Below are positions 54,214 through 62,881 of a DNA stretch of 64,000 bases, piece by piece. This DNA is from Vicinamibacterales bacterium. Lineage in GTDB: Bacteria > Acidobacteriota > Vicinamibacteria > Vicinamibacterales > UBA8438. Position 1 is the first letter of the stretch, and the number at the start of each line of letters is the position of its first letter. The position numbers and the translations under genes are program-made. The stretch is taken from contig CBDCVL010000011.1 of NCBI GenBank assembly GCA_965223015.1, forward strand, positions 65,487-129,486, given 5' to 3'. The notes under the pieces are model-generated. The model saw only the letters and a list, made by a program, of their open reading frames with translations. It had not been told where the DNA came from and ran no database searches.

Positions 54214-56649
54214 TCACGGAGCTTCTGACGCCGCCGAGGGCTCCAGCACACCTACCCGCCGCATCTGAAACGGCACACTGTTGACTACACCCAGAATCAC
54301 CGACGAAAACCGGTACTCGTTGCGCGCCGCATCCCGCACGATCTGACGAACGGCCGGAGCGTCGGAATACTCGAGGCCCCGCCCCAAGGCGTAGGTCAGC
54401 AGCCGTTCAGTCACGGTCGTGACGAAGCGCTCGGGGCGACGGACCAACGCGGCGCGCAGCGAGGCCGCGCCGTTCACCGGCGTCCCATCCGGGAGGCTGC
54501 CGGACGCGTCAATCGCATTGAACGAGTCATCGTGAGTCCGGAGGGTCCCAACCGCATCGAAGTGTTCCAGGGCAAACCCAATCGGGTCGATCATCGCATG
54601 GCAGCTCGCGCACACGGGATTGGCTCGATGTTGTGCGATGCGTTCGCGCACCGTCAGAGCCGTCTTCGCGGTGACATCGTCCTCGGGCAACGCCGGCACA
54701 TTCGGTGGGGGTTCCGGGGGTGGCGTGCCGAGTATGTTCTGAAGGACCCACTTTCCCCGAATCACCGGCGACGTTCGAGTCGGATGTGAGGTCAGTGTGA
54801 GAATGCTTCCGTGCCCGAGCAGGCCACGACGACTGTCATCCGTCAGGCTCACACGCCTGAAGTCATCTCCCCGGACGTTCGGAATCCGATAGTGCCGGGC
54901 CAGACGCTCATTCACGAACGTATAGTCCGACGTCAGCAAATCGAGAATGCTCCGATCCTCTCTGACATGATTGTCCACAAAGAGTTCCGTTTCACGTCGA
55001 AAGGCCCGGCGTAGGGCCTCGTCGAAGTCTGGGAACTGAGGTTCGTATGGCCTGAGCGCCTCGAGATTACGCAACTGGAGCCATTGTCCCGCCACGTTGT
55101 ACGTCAGCGCTTCCGAGCGGCGATCCCTCAGCATTCGTCGGACTTGTCCTTCGAGCGTTGGCGGATCGTGAAGCGTCCCTTGTTCAGCCAGCGCCAGCAG
55201 CTCGTCGTCCGGAATGCTGCTCCAGAGAAAAAAAGACAGACGAGACGCCAGTTCGAGATCGCTGATGCGGTACGGCGTGCCCGGCGTGATGGCGGCTGGG
55301 TCGCGCTCGACACGGAACAACAACTCCGGGCTGACCAACAGGGCTCGTATGGCCATTTCGATGCCCGCCTCGAACTCGCCCCCGTCCCTCCGACCCTCCG
55401 TGAAGAAGGTGAGCAGCCCGCTCACATCGGCATCCGTGACCGGTCTCCGATAGGCTCGACGTGCCAACGCCGAGAGGATCTGCGTGGCGCACGGCAGCTC
55501 CGCGTCTTGGGTTGCCGGGACGCAGGTGAAGATCCGACTGCGGCTTGGCGTTTCGCCGATCCCGGTGGCGTCGAATGGGCCCGTAATAGTGACGGCTTCC
55601 AGAAACGGCTGGTAGATAGCCATTGCCTCAGCTTTGTAGTAGAACGGCTTCTCAAACCGTTTGCGGGCCTGCTGGCTCTCGATCGTCGGCTTTGCGAGGA
55701 ACGCCACGGTCACCTCGTGCGGCCCTCCGGTGATCGGTACGCGGACTTCATGGCCGTCACGCGAACCGGCCGCCACGAGTTCATAAAAACGCTCCCCGGA
55801 TCCCACAAGCTCCGGCAGGAACGTAAAGAGATGCACGCGCTCGCCGTCAACGGCAACCTCGAGGTCATGTCGCTCCACGAAGCCTAGCGCTCCGTCGCAG
55901 GCGAGATCCTTCATGTTGGGACACCGCAGTTGGACGCGAATCCCGTACTCGCCGTTCTGGGGAAAGTGATAGGGAACCAGCATCCCGCCCCGTGTCCCAA
56001 AGGGCAACCCGTCCACGTGCTCGTACTGAGGCTGTTCGATCGGCACACGAAACACATCTGCCTTCGGACTTGCCGGAGGACGGCCGACTGCAACACTGGC
56101 GATGTGTCGCGCAGCTGCGAGATAGCGTTCCATCAACACCTGACTGACCCTGAGGGTGCCAGCCATGTTGTCAAACCCGTAGCTCCCATCGTCGGCCGGA
56201 AGCAGCGTACTGACGTCCGTCTCGACCTCGAGCAGGTCACGGATCACATTCTGGTATTCAGTGCGATTGAGCCGATGCAGGGTTTCCGTGCGGCCTGGAT
56301 TGGGCGCGGCAGTCGCTGCGAGGTCCAGCTCCGTCTCAAGCCATGAGACGAACGCTGCTTGAGTGGACGGGTCTGGCCGCGGCCTGCCGGCAGGGGGCAT
56401 GAGGCCACCCCGGAGCTTTCGCACGACCTTCTCCCACACCGCGCCATGTTCGCCAACCGCAGCCAGGTCAGCGTTGTCGAGCGCGAGGTCGCCCGCCAAG
56501 GTGCGCTCGTTGTGGCAGCCAACACAGTACCGATCGATGAGCGCCAGCTGGGCACCTGGCTCTTGGGCCTCGGCAGGCACCACACCTGCCGGCATGAACC
56601 AAAACGCTAGAGACGATGCGGCCAGCACGATCGCACGGTTTCCCATCAT
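54214..56649 (-). CDS. DUF1592/DUF1595/DUF1587/DUF1588/DUF1585-type multidomain protein with an N-terminal heme-c motif
   Basis: ATG 56649 after GGAGGA. Signal peptide, then RYCVGCHNERTLAGDLALD and ...LRGGLMPPAGRPRP. A second CxxCH-like motif (CASCH) lies near the C-terminus. Confidence 0.85.
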   Translation of the reverse strand: MMGNRAIVLAASSLAFWFMPAGVVPAEAQEPGAQLALIDRYCVGCHNERTLAGDLALDNADLAAVGEHGAVWEKVVRKLRGGLMPPAGRPRPDPSTQAAFVSWLETELDLAATAAPNPGRTETLHRLNRTEYQNVIRDLLEVETDVSTLLPADDGSYGFDNMAGTLRVSQVLMERYLAAARHIASVAVGRPPASPKADVFRVPIEQPQYEHVDGLPFGTRGGMLVPYHFPQNGEYGIRVQLRCPNMKDLACDGALGFVERHDLEVAVDGERVHLFTFLPELVGSGERFYELVAAGSRDGHEVRVPITGGPHEVTVAFLAKPTIESQQARKRFEKPFYYKAEAMAIYQPFLEAVTITGPFDATGIGETPSRSRIFTCVPATQDAELPCATQILSALARRAYRRPVTDADVSGLLTFFTEGRRDGGEFEAGIEMAIRALLVSPELLFRVERDPAAITPGTPYRISDLELASRLSFFLWSSIPDDELLALAEQGTLHDPPTLEGQVRRMLRDRRSEALTYNVAGQWLQLRNLEALRPYEPQFPDFDEALRRAFRRETELFVDNHVREDRSILDLLTSDYTFVNERLARHYRIPNVRGDDFRRVSLTDDSRRGLLGHGSILTLTSHPTRTSPVIRGKWVLQNILGTPPPEPPPNVPALPEDDVTAKTALTVRERIAQHRANPVCASCHAMIDPIGFALEHFDAVGTLRTHDDSFNAIDASGSLPDGTPVNGAASLRAALVRRPERFVTTVTERLLTYALGRGLEYSDAPAVRQIVRDAARNEYRFSSVILGVVNSVPFQMRRVGVLEPSAASEAP

Positions 56650-56794
56650 GCCCTGATCCTCCACGAGGATACGCCCCTGCGAGACTGAGAGGCAATGTCT
56701 GAGCCGTCCCCCCTCGTCGCGGCCAAGTCTTACAAGCGATCCCCAATCCGGGGAGAGCGGTCACCAGCTGCTCTATTCCGAAGCATAATAGGCG

Positions 56795-59108
56795 ATGCGT
56801 AGAAACGGGCCAGGTGCGCGGGCGCTTATCGCCGCGCTCTTCGCGACGGCACCCTTCGCGTCCGTCCTCGCGCAGGATGTGTCGGACCTCGGTCTGCCTC
56901 TTGATTTCGCCGGGCCACCACCACCTGTGCCGCCTGCCGTGGTCTCGAGAGATCTGGAAGGACGCGTCACCATCCGGGCGGTGCGGCTCCCAGAAGGCCT
57001 GACGGTTGATGCTGCGCTCGATGAGCCGGTGTATCAGACGGTTCCCGCGATCGGCGATTTCATCCAGACGGAGCCGCGTGCTGGGGAACCAGCCACGGAG
57101 AAGACCGAAGCGTGGGTGTTCTTCGACGACCGCAATCTCTATGTCGCGGCTCGATGCAGGGATTCGGCGCCGGAGTCCGAGTGGGTGGCCAACGAGATGC
57201 GGCGTGACAGTTTCAACATCGTCCAGAACAACCAGTTCATGATTCTCCTCGACACCTCCTACGATCGGCGCAACGCGGTCCTCTTCGCGATCAATCCCAT
57301 TGGCGGCCGGATGGACGGGCAAGTGACCGACGAGCGCCAGTACAACGGGGACTGGAACCCGGTCTGGGACGTCAAGACCGGCCGGTTCGCCGGTGGCTGG
57401 TCGCTCGAAGCCCAGATCCCGTTCAAGTCGCTGCGCTATCGATCTGGGGGGGGCCAGGTGTGGGGCGTGCAGATGCAGCGCACGGTGCGGCGGAAAAACG
57501 AATTTGCGTATTTGACGCGGCTGGACCCTGGGCTCGGCCAGCGCGGGGGCTTTCAGGTGTCGCAGGCGGCGACACTTGTGGGCCTGGAAGCGCCAGAGCG
57601 CGGACAATCCTTCGAGATCAAACCGTATGTGATCGGCGACGTGACTTCGGACGTCCTCGCGTCGCCCGCCGTCTCGAACGAGTTCGGGGGCAACGTCGGA
57701 CTGGATCTCGTCAAGGTCGGCGTGACCGACAATCTCACCGCAGACTTCACGGTCAACACTGACTTTGCTCAGGTCGAGGCAGACGAACAGCAGGTCAACC
57801 TCACCCGGTTCAGTTTGTTCTTCCCCGAGAAGCGCGAGTTCTTTCTCGAGAACCAGGGACTGTTTGCCTTTGGCGGCGCAGGTGCGGGCCCCTTTGGCGG
57901 GAGGGGGCGACACTCCGGTACTGTTCTATAGCCGCCGGATCGGGTTGAACCAGGGCCGGGAGGCGCCGATCGTAGCGGGGGGGCGCCTCACCGGGCGAGT
58001 CGGGAAGTTCAGTCTGGGGATCCTGAATATCCAGACGGACGACGCGCCCGCTGCCGAGGCGACGGCGACCAACTTTTCTGTCGTTCGGCTGAGGCGTGAC
58101 CTGTTGCGCCGGAGCAGTATCGGCCTGCTCTTTACGGGGCGATCCGTCTCGCCGGAAGGGACCGGTTCCAACGAAGCCTACGGTATCGATGGCCTCTTTT
58201 CGTTCTACGATAACCTGAATATCAACACCTACTGGGCCAAGACGAGCACCTCCCGCCGGCCAGGGGACGACGTGAGTTACCGGGCCCAGCTCGACTACAG
58301 AGGCGATCGGTATGGGGTACAGCTGGACCGGCTCGCCGTCGGAGACAACTTCAACCCTGAAGTGGGGTTTCTGCGGCGCGATGATTTCGAGCGCAGCTTC
58401 GGGTCGTTCCGGTTCAGCCCCCGGCCGCAGTTCATCGCCGCCGTGCGCAAGTTTTCCTGGGAAGGTCGCATCGACTACATCACGGACCGGGCGGGGGTGC
58501 TTGAGACGCGTGAGGTTGGAGGACAATTCGGTATCGAGTTCGAAAGCAGCGACCGTTTTGACGTCGGGTACACCCGCAGCTACGAGCTGCTCGAGCAACC
58601 GTTTCGAATCTCATCCGACGTGACGATTCCGGTCGGCGGATATCGCTTTCAGGATGTCGATGTGACGTTGGCCCTGGGGCAACAGCGGCCGTTTGCGGGG
58701 GGACTGTCGTTCCAGCGCGGCAGCTTCTTCAGCGGGACGAAGACGAGCGTCAGCTTCGGGGGAGGCGGACGATTCGGCCGCGGCCGTGTGGAACTGACGC
58801 CGCGCCTATCCCTCGAGCCGAGTCTCGCGTTCGACTGGGTCGACCTGCCGGAAGGCGAATTCACCACGCGGTTAGTCAGGACTCGGACGACTTACACGGT
58901 GACGCCGCTGATGTTCGTGAGCGCCCTGTTGCAATACAACTCCAGCAACGACTCCGTGAGCACCAACATCAGGCTCCGGTGGGAATACCAATCTGGCAGC
59001 GAGCTGTTCGTTGTGTATAACGAGCAACGCGACACGCTGGCACGACGCTTCCCAGACATCGAGAACCGAGCCTTCGTCATCAAGATCAACCGACTCTTTC
59101 GGTTCTGA
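56795..59108 (+). pseudogene. DUF5916 / CBM9-like secreted protein, paralog 2, frameshifted
   Basis: ORF 56795..57931 (IGDFIQTEPRAGEPATEKTEAWVFFDDRNLYVAARC...WSLEAQIPFKSLRY...WGVQMQRTVRRKNE...FFPEKREFFLEN) continues in ORF 57765..59108 (..DTPVLFYSRRIG...) after a one-base shift in GGCGGGAGGGGGCGAC near 57895-57910. Confidence 0.75.
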
Positions 59109-59492
59109 AGGCGCAGATCGGGAACCGAGGCTTTGCCTGCCTATCGTTTCTCCGGACGCGAGGTCTATTTGCCATCGAGTCGTCGGTGAAGAGTCTTCCC
59201 GGGTGACCAAACACGCCCAGGGCGGTGGTGAGGAGTCTCCCGTCCGCGCATGGCCGGTAGGTCCTGCTGGCATGAGATTTCGGGGTGCGGCGGTCTCCTT
59301 GATATGGTTGTCCATCAAACCGGGGCAGAACCGGTACGGCCAGGACGCCTTGGGCGTAGCATGAGCGCGACTACAGTCCCATCATGTGGCGTCATACCGG
59401 GGTTGCAGCTCCAGAGCGCTGAGGCCCCGAGTGACCGAGCAAAGGACCCGAGTCTTCATCCGAACGATCGGGCGATTGTGAGGAGTGTGCCA

Positions 59493-59954
59493 ATGAGACG
59501 GCTGCGTCGTTTCCAGTGTTGCGTTCTTGGGGCCGTCTGGGTCGTGACGGCGACGGCGTCAGCGCAGACGCTCCCAGTCAGATCCGATCAACAGGTTCTC
59601 ATCGAGCTCGAGCAGGAATGGAACGCAGCGTTCTATCGCAAGGACGTCGCCTTCATCGAAAGCATTCTGGCCGACGAGTTCGTTGCGACCTACGAAGATG
59701 GGAGCCGCGGCGACAAAGCACACGAGCTGGCTCTAATCGCGGAGTTCGACCAGCGGGTAGTGTCCGCCGTTCAGGACGAGTTCACGGTAAAGGTCTACCA
59801 GGACACGGCGGTCGTTTGGTTCACGCTAAACCTGGTCGGGATCCGGCAGGGTGAGCGGGCGGAAGTGACGCTGCGCTTCACAGACGTTTTCGTCTTGCGC
59901 GACGGCGACTGGCAATGTGTGTCGAGTCAGAGCACAAAGGTGGCGCCCGGCTAG
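59493..59954 (+). CDS. Secreted NTF2-like (SnoaL/DUF4440) protein
   Basis: GAGGAG RBS and a signal peptide. LIELEQEWNAAFYRKDVAFIESILADEFVATYEDG...VWFTLNL...FTDVFVLRDGDWQCVSSQS. Confidence 0.7.
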   Translation: MRRLRRFQCCVLGAVWVVTATASAQTLPVRSDQQVLIELEQEWNAAFYRKDVAFIESILADEFVATYEDGSRGDKAHELALIAEFDQRVVSAVQDEFTVKVYQDTAVVWFTLNLVGIRQGERAEVTLRFTDVFVLRDGDWQCVSSQSTKVAPG

Positions 59955-60054
59955 CGATGGGCCACGGAAATGCCTGTGAAACGTGCGCGAACGTACTCTG
60001 CCAAGCTTTGGCGGCCAGCCGACGTCGACTGGACTACGAACGGAGGAGGAGAAG

Positions 60055-61608
60055 ATGCGCCGCTACGCGTCCATCGAGTCGTTGTTCTTTGCGACGCTTC
60101 TCGCATTGGCGGCGTGTGGAGGGCCCGAGAGTGAGGCTACTGCAGCTGCCGGAGGGCCGGTCACGCAGGGCACTCAGTCGTCTCTGATCGCACGAGCCGC
60201 GGAGCTCGAGCTCGACACGGAATACACGCTCCCTCCGGGCGACGCACTTCACCACCACACGGCGGGATTCGCGCGGACCTTGTGCTCGGTGGTCTTCCTC
60301 ACGGGGCTCGATCCGGAAGACGCGGCGGCGAATATTGGCGGCTTCACGAGCCCGTTCGAGGAGCGGCGTCACGTCGTCGACACGGTCGTCGATTTCGAGC
60401 GACAGTCGGTCGCCCTCACGCTGCCGGACGGCGTCACGCGGGTGGCCAAGCGCTACAAGAACCAGGGATGCGTGGCGCTGCCGATCGGGCAAGACTCGCC
60501 CTACTTCACGCCGACCGACGTGGCGCGGAATCTTCCCCCGCCTGAGACGACAGCCTGGCCCATGGGCGACTTGCTGCCCAATGCACCTTGGCCGGTTGAG
60601 GTGGACATGGCTAAGGTGGAGGACGCGCTTGACTCCGGGTTCGGCCCTCCGGAGGCCCGTACGCTCGCGCTTGTTGTGACCTACAAGGGCCGCATCCTCG
60701 GCGAGCGGTATAGCGAGGAGGTAGACATCCATGCCCCGCTCGAGTCCTGGTCGATGACCAAGAGTCTGACCGGTGCTCTCGTGGGGGTGCTCGCCCAGCA
60801 GGGGGAGTACGAGCTCTGGCAGCCGGCGCCGATCCCCGAGTGGCAGACGCCAGGGGATCCGCGTCAGGAGATTCGCATCGGCGACATCATGAGGATGTCG
60901 AGCGGGCTCAGAATCCGGGCTCCGCAGGACCCAGATTACCGTCCAGCGATCGGATACCCCGACCATGTCTATCTCTATACGGGGACGGTCAACTCGTACG
61001 AGTACGCTGCCACACGCCCGCTTCAGTGGCCACCGAACACGGTCGGCCGGTACCGGAACACCGATCCAGTGCTTGCGAGCTATCTGATCCGGCTGGCTGT
61101 CGAAGGACGGGGCGAGAACTACCACGCGTTCCCGCAGCGCAACCTCTTCGACAAGATCGGCATCCGTGACGCCATCATCGAGACTGACCCCTACGGTAAC
61201 TTCCTCGGCCAGGGGCGCGCGCTCATGCCGGCGCGCGATTGGGCCCGCCTGGCGAACCTGTACTTGACGGACGGCGTGTGGAACGGAGAGAGGCTCCTGC
61301 CGGAAGGCTGGGTCGACTACGCGTCCGAGCTGGCGCCCGCATGGGTCGCCGACGGTCGGCCGCAGTACGGCGGTTCGCACTTTTGGGTTAACGCCGATGG
61401 GGCCGACCCGATTCCTGAGAGCGCATTCAGCATGCGAGGTGCGGGAGGGCAGAGCACGACGATCATCCCGACGCACAATCTCGTTGTTGTGCGGATCGGC
61501 AAGTACACAGGGGCCGAACCTGGTGAGCGTGCGCTTCGACGCACCTTCGAGCTCTTGATGGAGGCTATTCCGCCCGTGGACACTAGAGCGTTTTTCGAAA
61601 AGCTCTAG
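60055..61608 (+). CDS. Lipoprotein serine hydrolase of the beta-lactamase/PBP family; the 3' end is formed by the IS630 insertion
   Basis: Lipobox LLALAAC and an SxxK motif in ESWSMTKSL. The last six codons (AFFEKL, stop) lie inside the IS630 left end. The pre-insertion sequence would end ...VDTRGL. Confidence 0.8.
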   Translation: MRRYASIESLFFATLLALAACGGPESEATAAAGGPVTQGTQSSLIARAAELELDTEYTLPPGDALHHHTAGFARTLCSVVFLTGLDPEDAAANIGGFTSPFEERRHVVDTVVDFERQSVALTLPDGVTRVAKRYKNQGCVALPIGQDSPYFTPTDVARNLPPPETTAWPMGDLLPNAPWPVEVDMAKVEDALDSGFGPPEARTLALVVTYKGRILGERYSEEVDIHAPLESWSMTKSLTGALVGVLAQQGEYELWQPAPIPEWQTPGDPRQEIRIGDIMRMSSGLRIRAPQDPDYRPAIGYPDHVYLYTGTVNSYEYAATRPLQWPPNTVGRYRNTDPVLASYLIRLAVEGRGENYHAFPQRNLFDKIGIRDAIIETDPYGNFLGQGRALMPARDWARLANLYLTDGVWNGERLLPEGWVDYASELAPAWVADGRPQYGGSHFWVNADGADPIPESAFSMRGAGGQSTTIIPTHNLVVVRIGKYTGAEPGERALRRTFELLMEAIPPVDTRAFFEKL

Positions 61609-62611
61609 TACTCGATAGGCGGTTCATGGTACTCCTACGTGCAACGTCCTGTAGGAGGATCAATGCGCGCCTATTCGATGGATCTTCGCGAACGAGTGCT
61701 CCACGAGAGCGACGCGGGCATGCCGGCGGCCGCGGTCGCGAGCAAATACCGCGTCAGTGCCTCCTGGGTCCGGCGGCTCACACACCGGCGGCGGGAAACC
61801 GGCGAAGTCGCCCCGCGCCAGCAGCGTTACGGGCGGCATCCGGTGCTCGCGTCCCAGCTGCACACGCTCGCGGCCTTGATCCGCGAGCAACCGGACCGCA
61901 CCCTCGCCGACCTACAGGTCGCCCTGGGTACGTCCGCCAGTCTGGCGACGATTTGGCGGGCCGTGAAACAGCTGGGCTTTACCGTAAAAAAAAACGATAC
62001 GCGCGTCCGAACACGATCGCCCCGACGTCGCGGCCGCCCGCGCGCAGTGGGCGACGACTGCCCCGACACTCGACCCGACTCGCCTCGTCTTTCTGGATGA
62101 AAGCGGGGTCGCCACCAATCTCCTGCGGCGCTATGGGCGCAGCCTTCGCGGCCAGCGGGTCGCCGATCACGCGCCCCAGGGTCGGTGGGAGAGCAGTCCC
62201 TTCATCGCCGCGCTGCGGGTGACGGGGCTCACCGCGCCGGGGGTCCTCGATGGCCCGATGGACGGGGCCAGCTTCCTCGCCTACGTCGAACAGATCCTCG
62301 TACCGACGTTGCAGCCCGGTGACATGGTGATGGCCGACAACCTCGCCGCGCACAAAGTCGACGGCGTGCGCCACGCTATTGAAGCGGCCGGCGCGACGCT
62401 GCGCTTCCTGCCGCCCTACAGTCCCGACTTCAACCCCATCGAGCTGAGCTTCGCCAAACTCAAAGCTATCGTCCGCCAAGCCCGCTGCCGCTCGCTCGAC
62501 ACGCTCTGGCCGCTCCTCGGTGCGTGTCTGTCGCGCTTCACCCCCACCGAATGCCGCACCTACGTCCATCATTGCGGCTACACGGCCGCCAAAGCGTCAT
62601 GAAAAACGCTC
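61586..62611 (+). mobile_element. IS630-family element
   Basis: Perfect inverted termini GAGCGTTTTTC (61586-61596) / GAAAAACGCTC (62601-62611), flanked by a TA duplication at 61584-61585 and 62612-62613. Size is ~1.03 kb. Confidence 0.8.
61663..62602 (+). CDS. IS630-family transposase in two frames joined at an A9 tract
   Basis: ATG 61663 after AGGAGG. The HTH part is [13 protein letters not shown]...[16 protein letters not shown]. The DDE part ([19 protein letters not shown]...LVFLDESG...[11 protein letters not shown]...[19 protein letters not shown]) is in the +1 frame. The switch point is the A9 run at 61986-61994. Confidence 0.75.
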
Positions 62612-62881
62612 TAGAGGACTCTAGTCGCCAAACACTCGTACCATCCATCGTACGTCTTGCGGAAATGACGCCAGGTCCAGATCGTCGTGATGGCTTTCGC
62701 TCAACGCGGCCTCCCGATGCGCCGCCGGCGGTATTCCTGGGGGGTCGGGTCGCTTGCCGCTGTCCGCCGACACAGTATTCGTCGTTTTCGACATCGTGAT
62801 CCCTCCATCAGGCGCTGAAGATCGCGCACTCTGTCAGGTAATGCGTAGACGGGCCGAGGATCGGCTCACGGGGGCCGGTGC

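Noticed and set aside
56468-57913. Long antisense ORFs (481 aa here; also 60034..61476, 19679..20698, 40686..41789, 22096..22806, 6593..7543, 8620..9429, 46231..47031)
   Set aside because: Each overlaps a gene on the other strand that has clear family motifs. The translations are Arg/Gly/Pro-rich with no recognisable domains. This is the expected artefact of about 65% G+C sequence.
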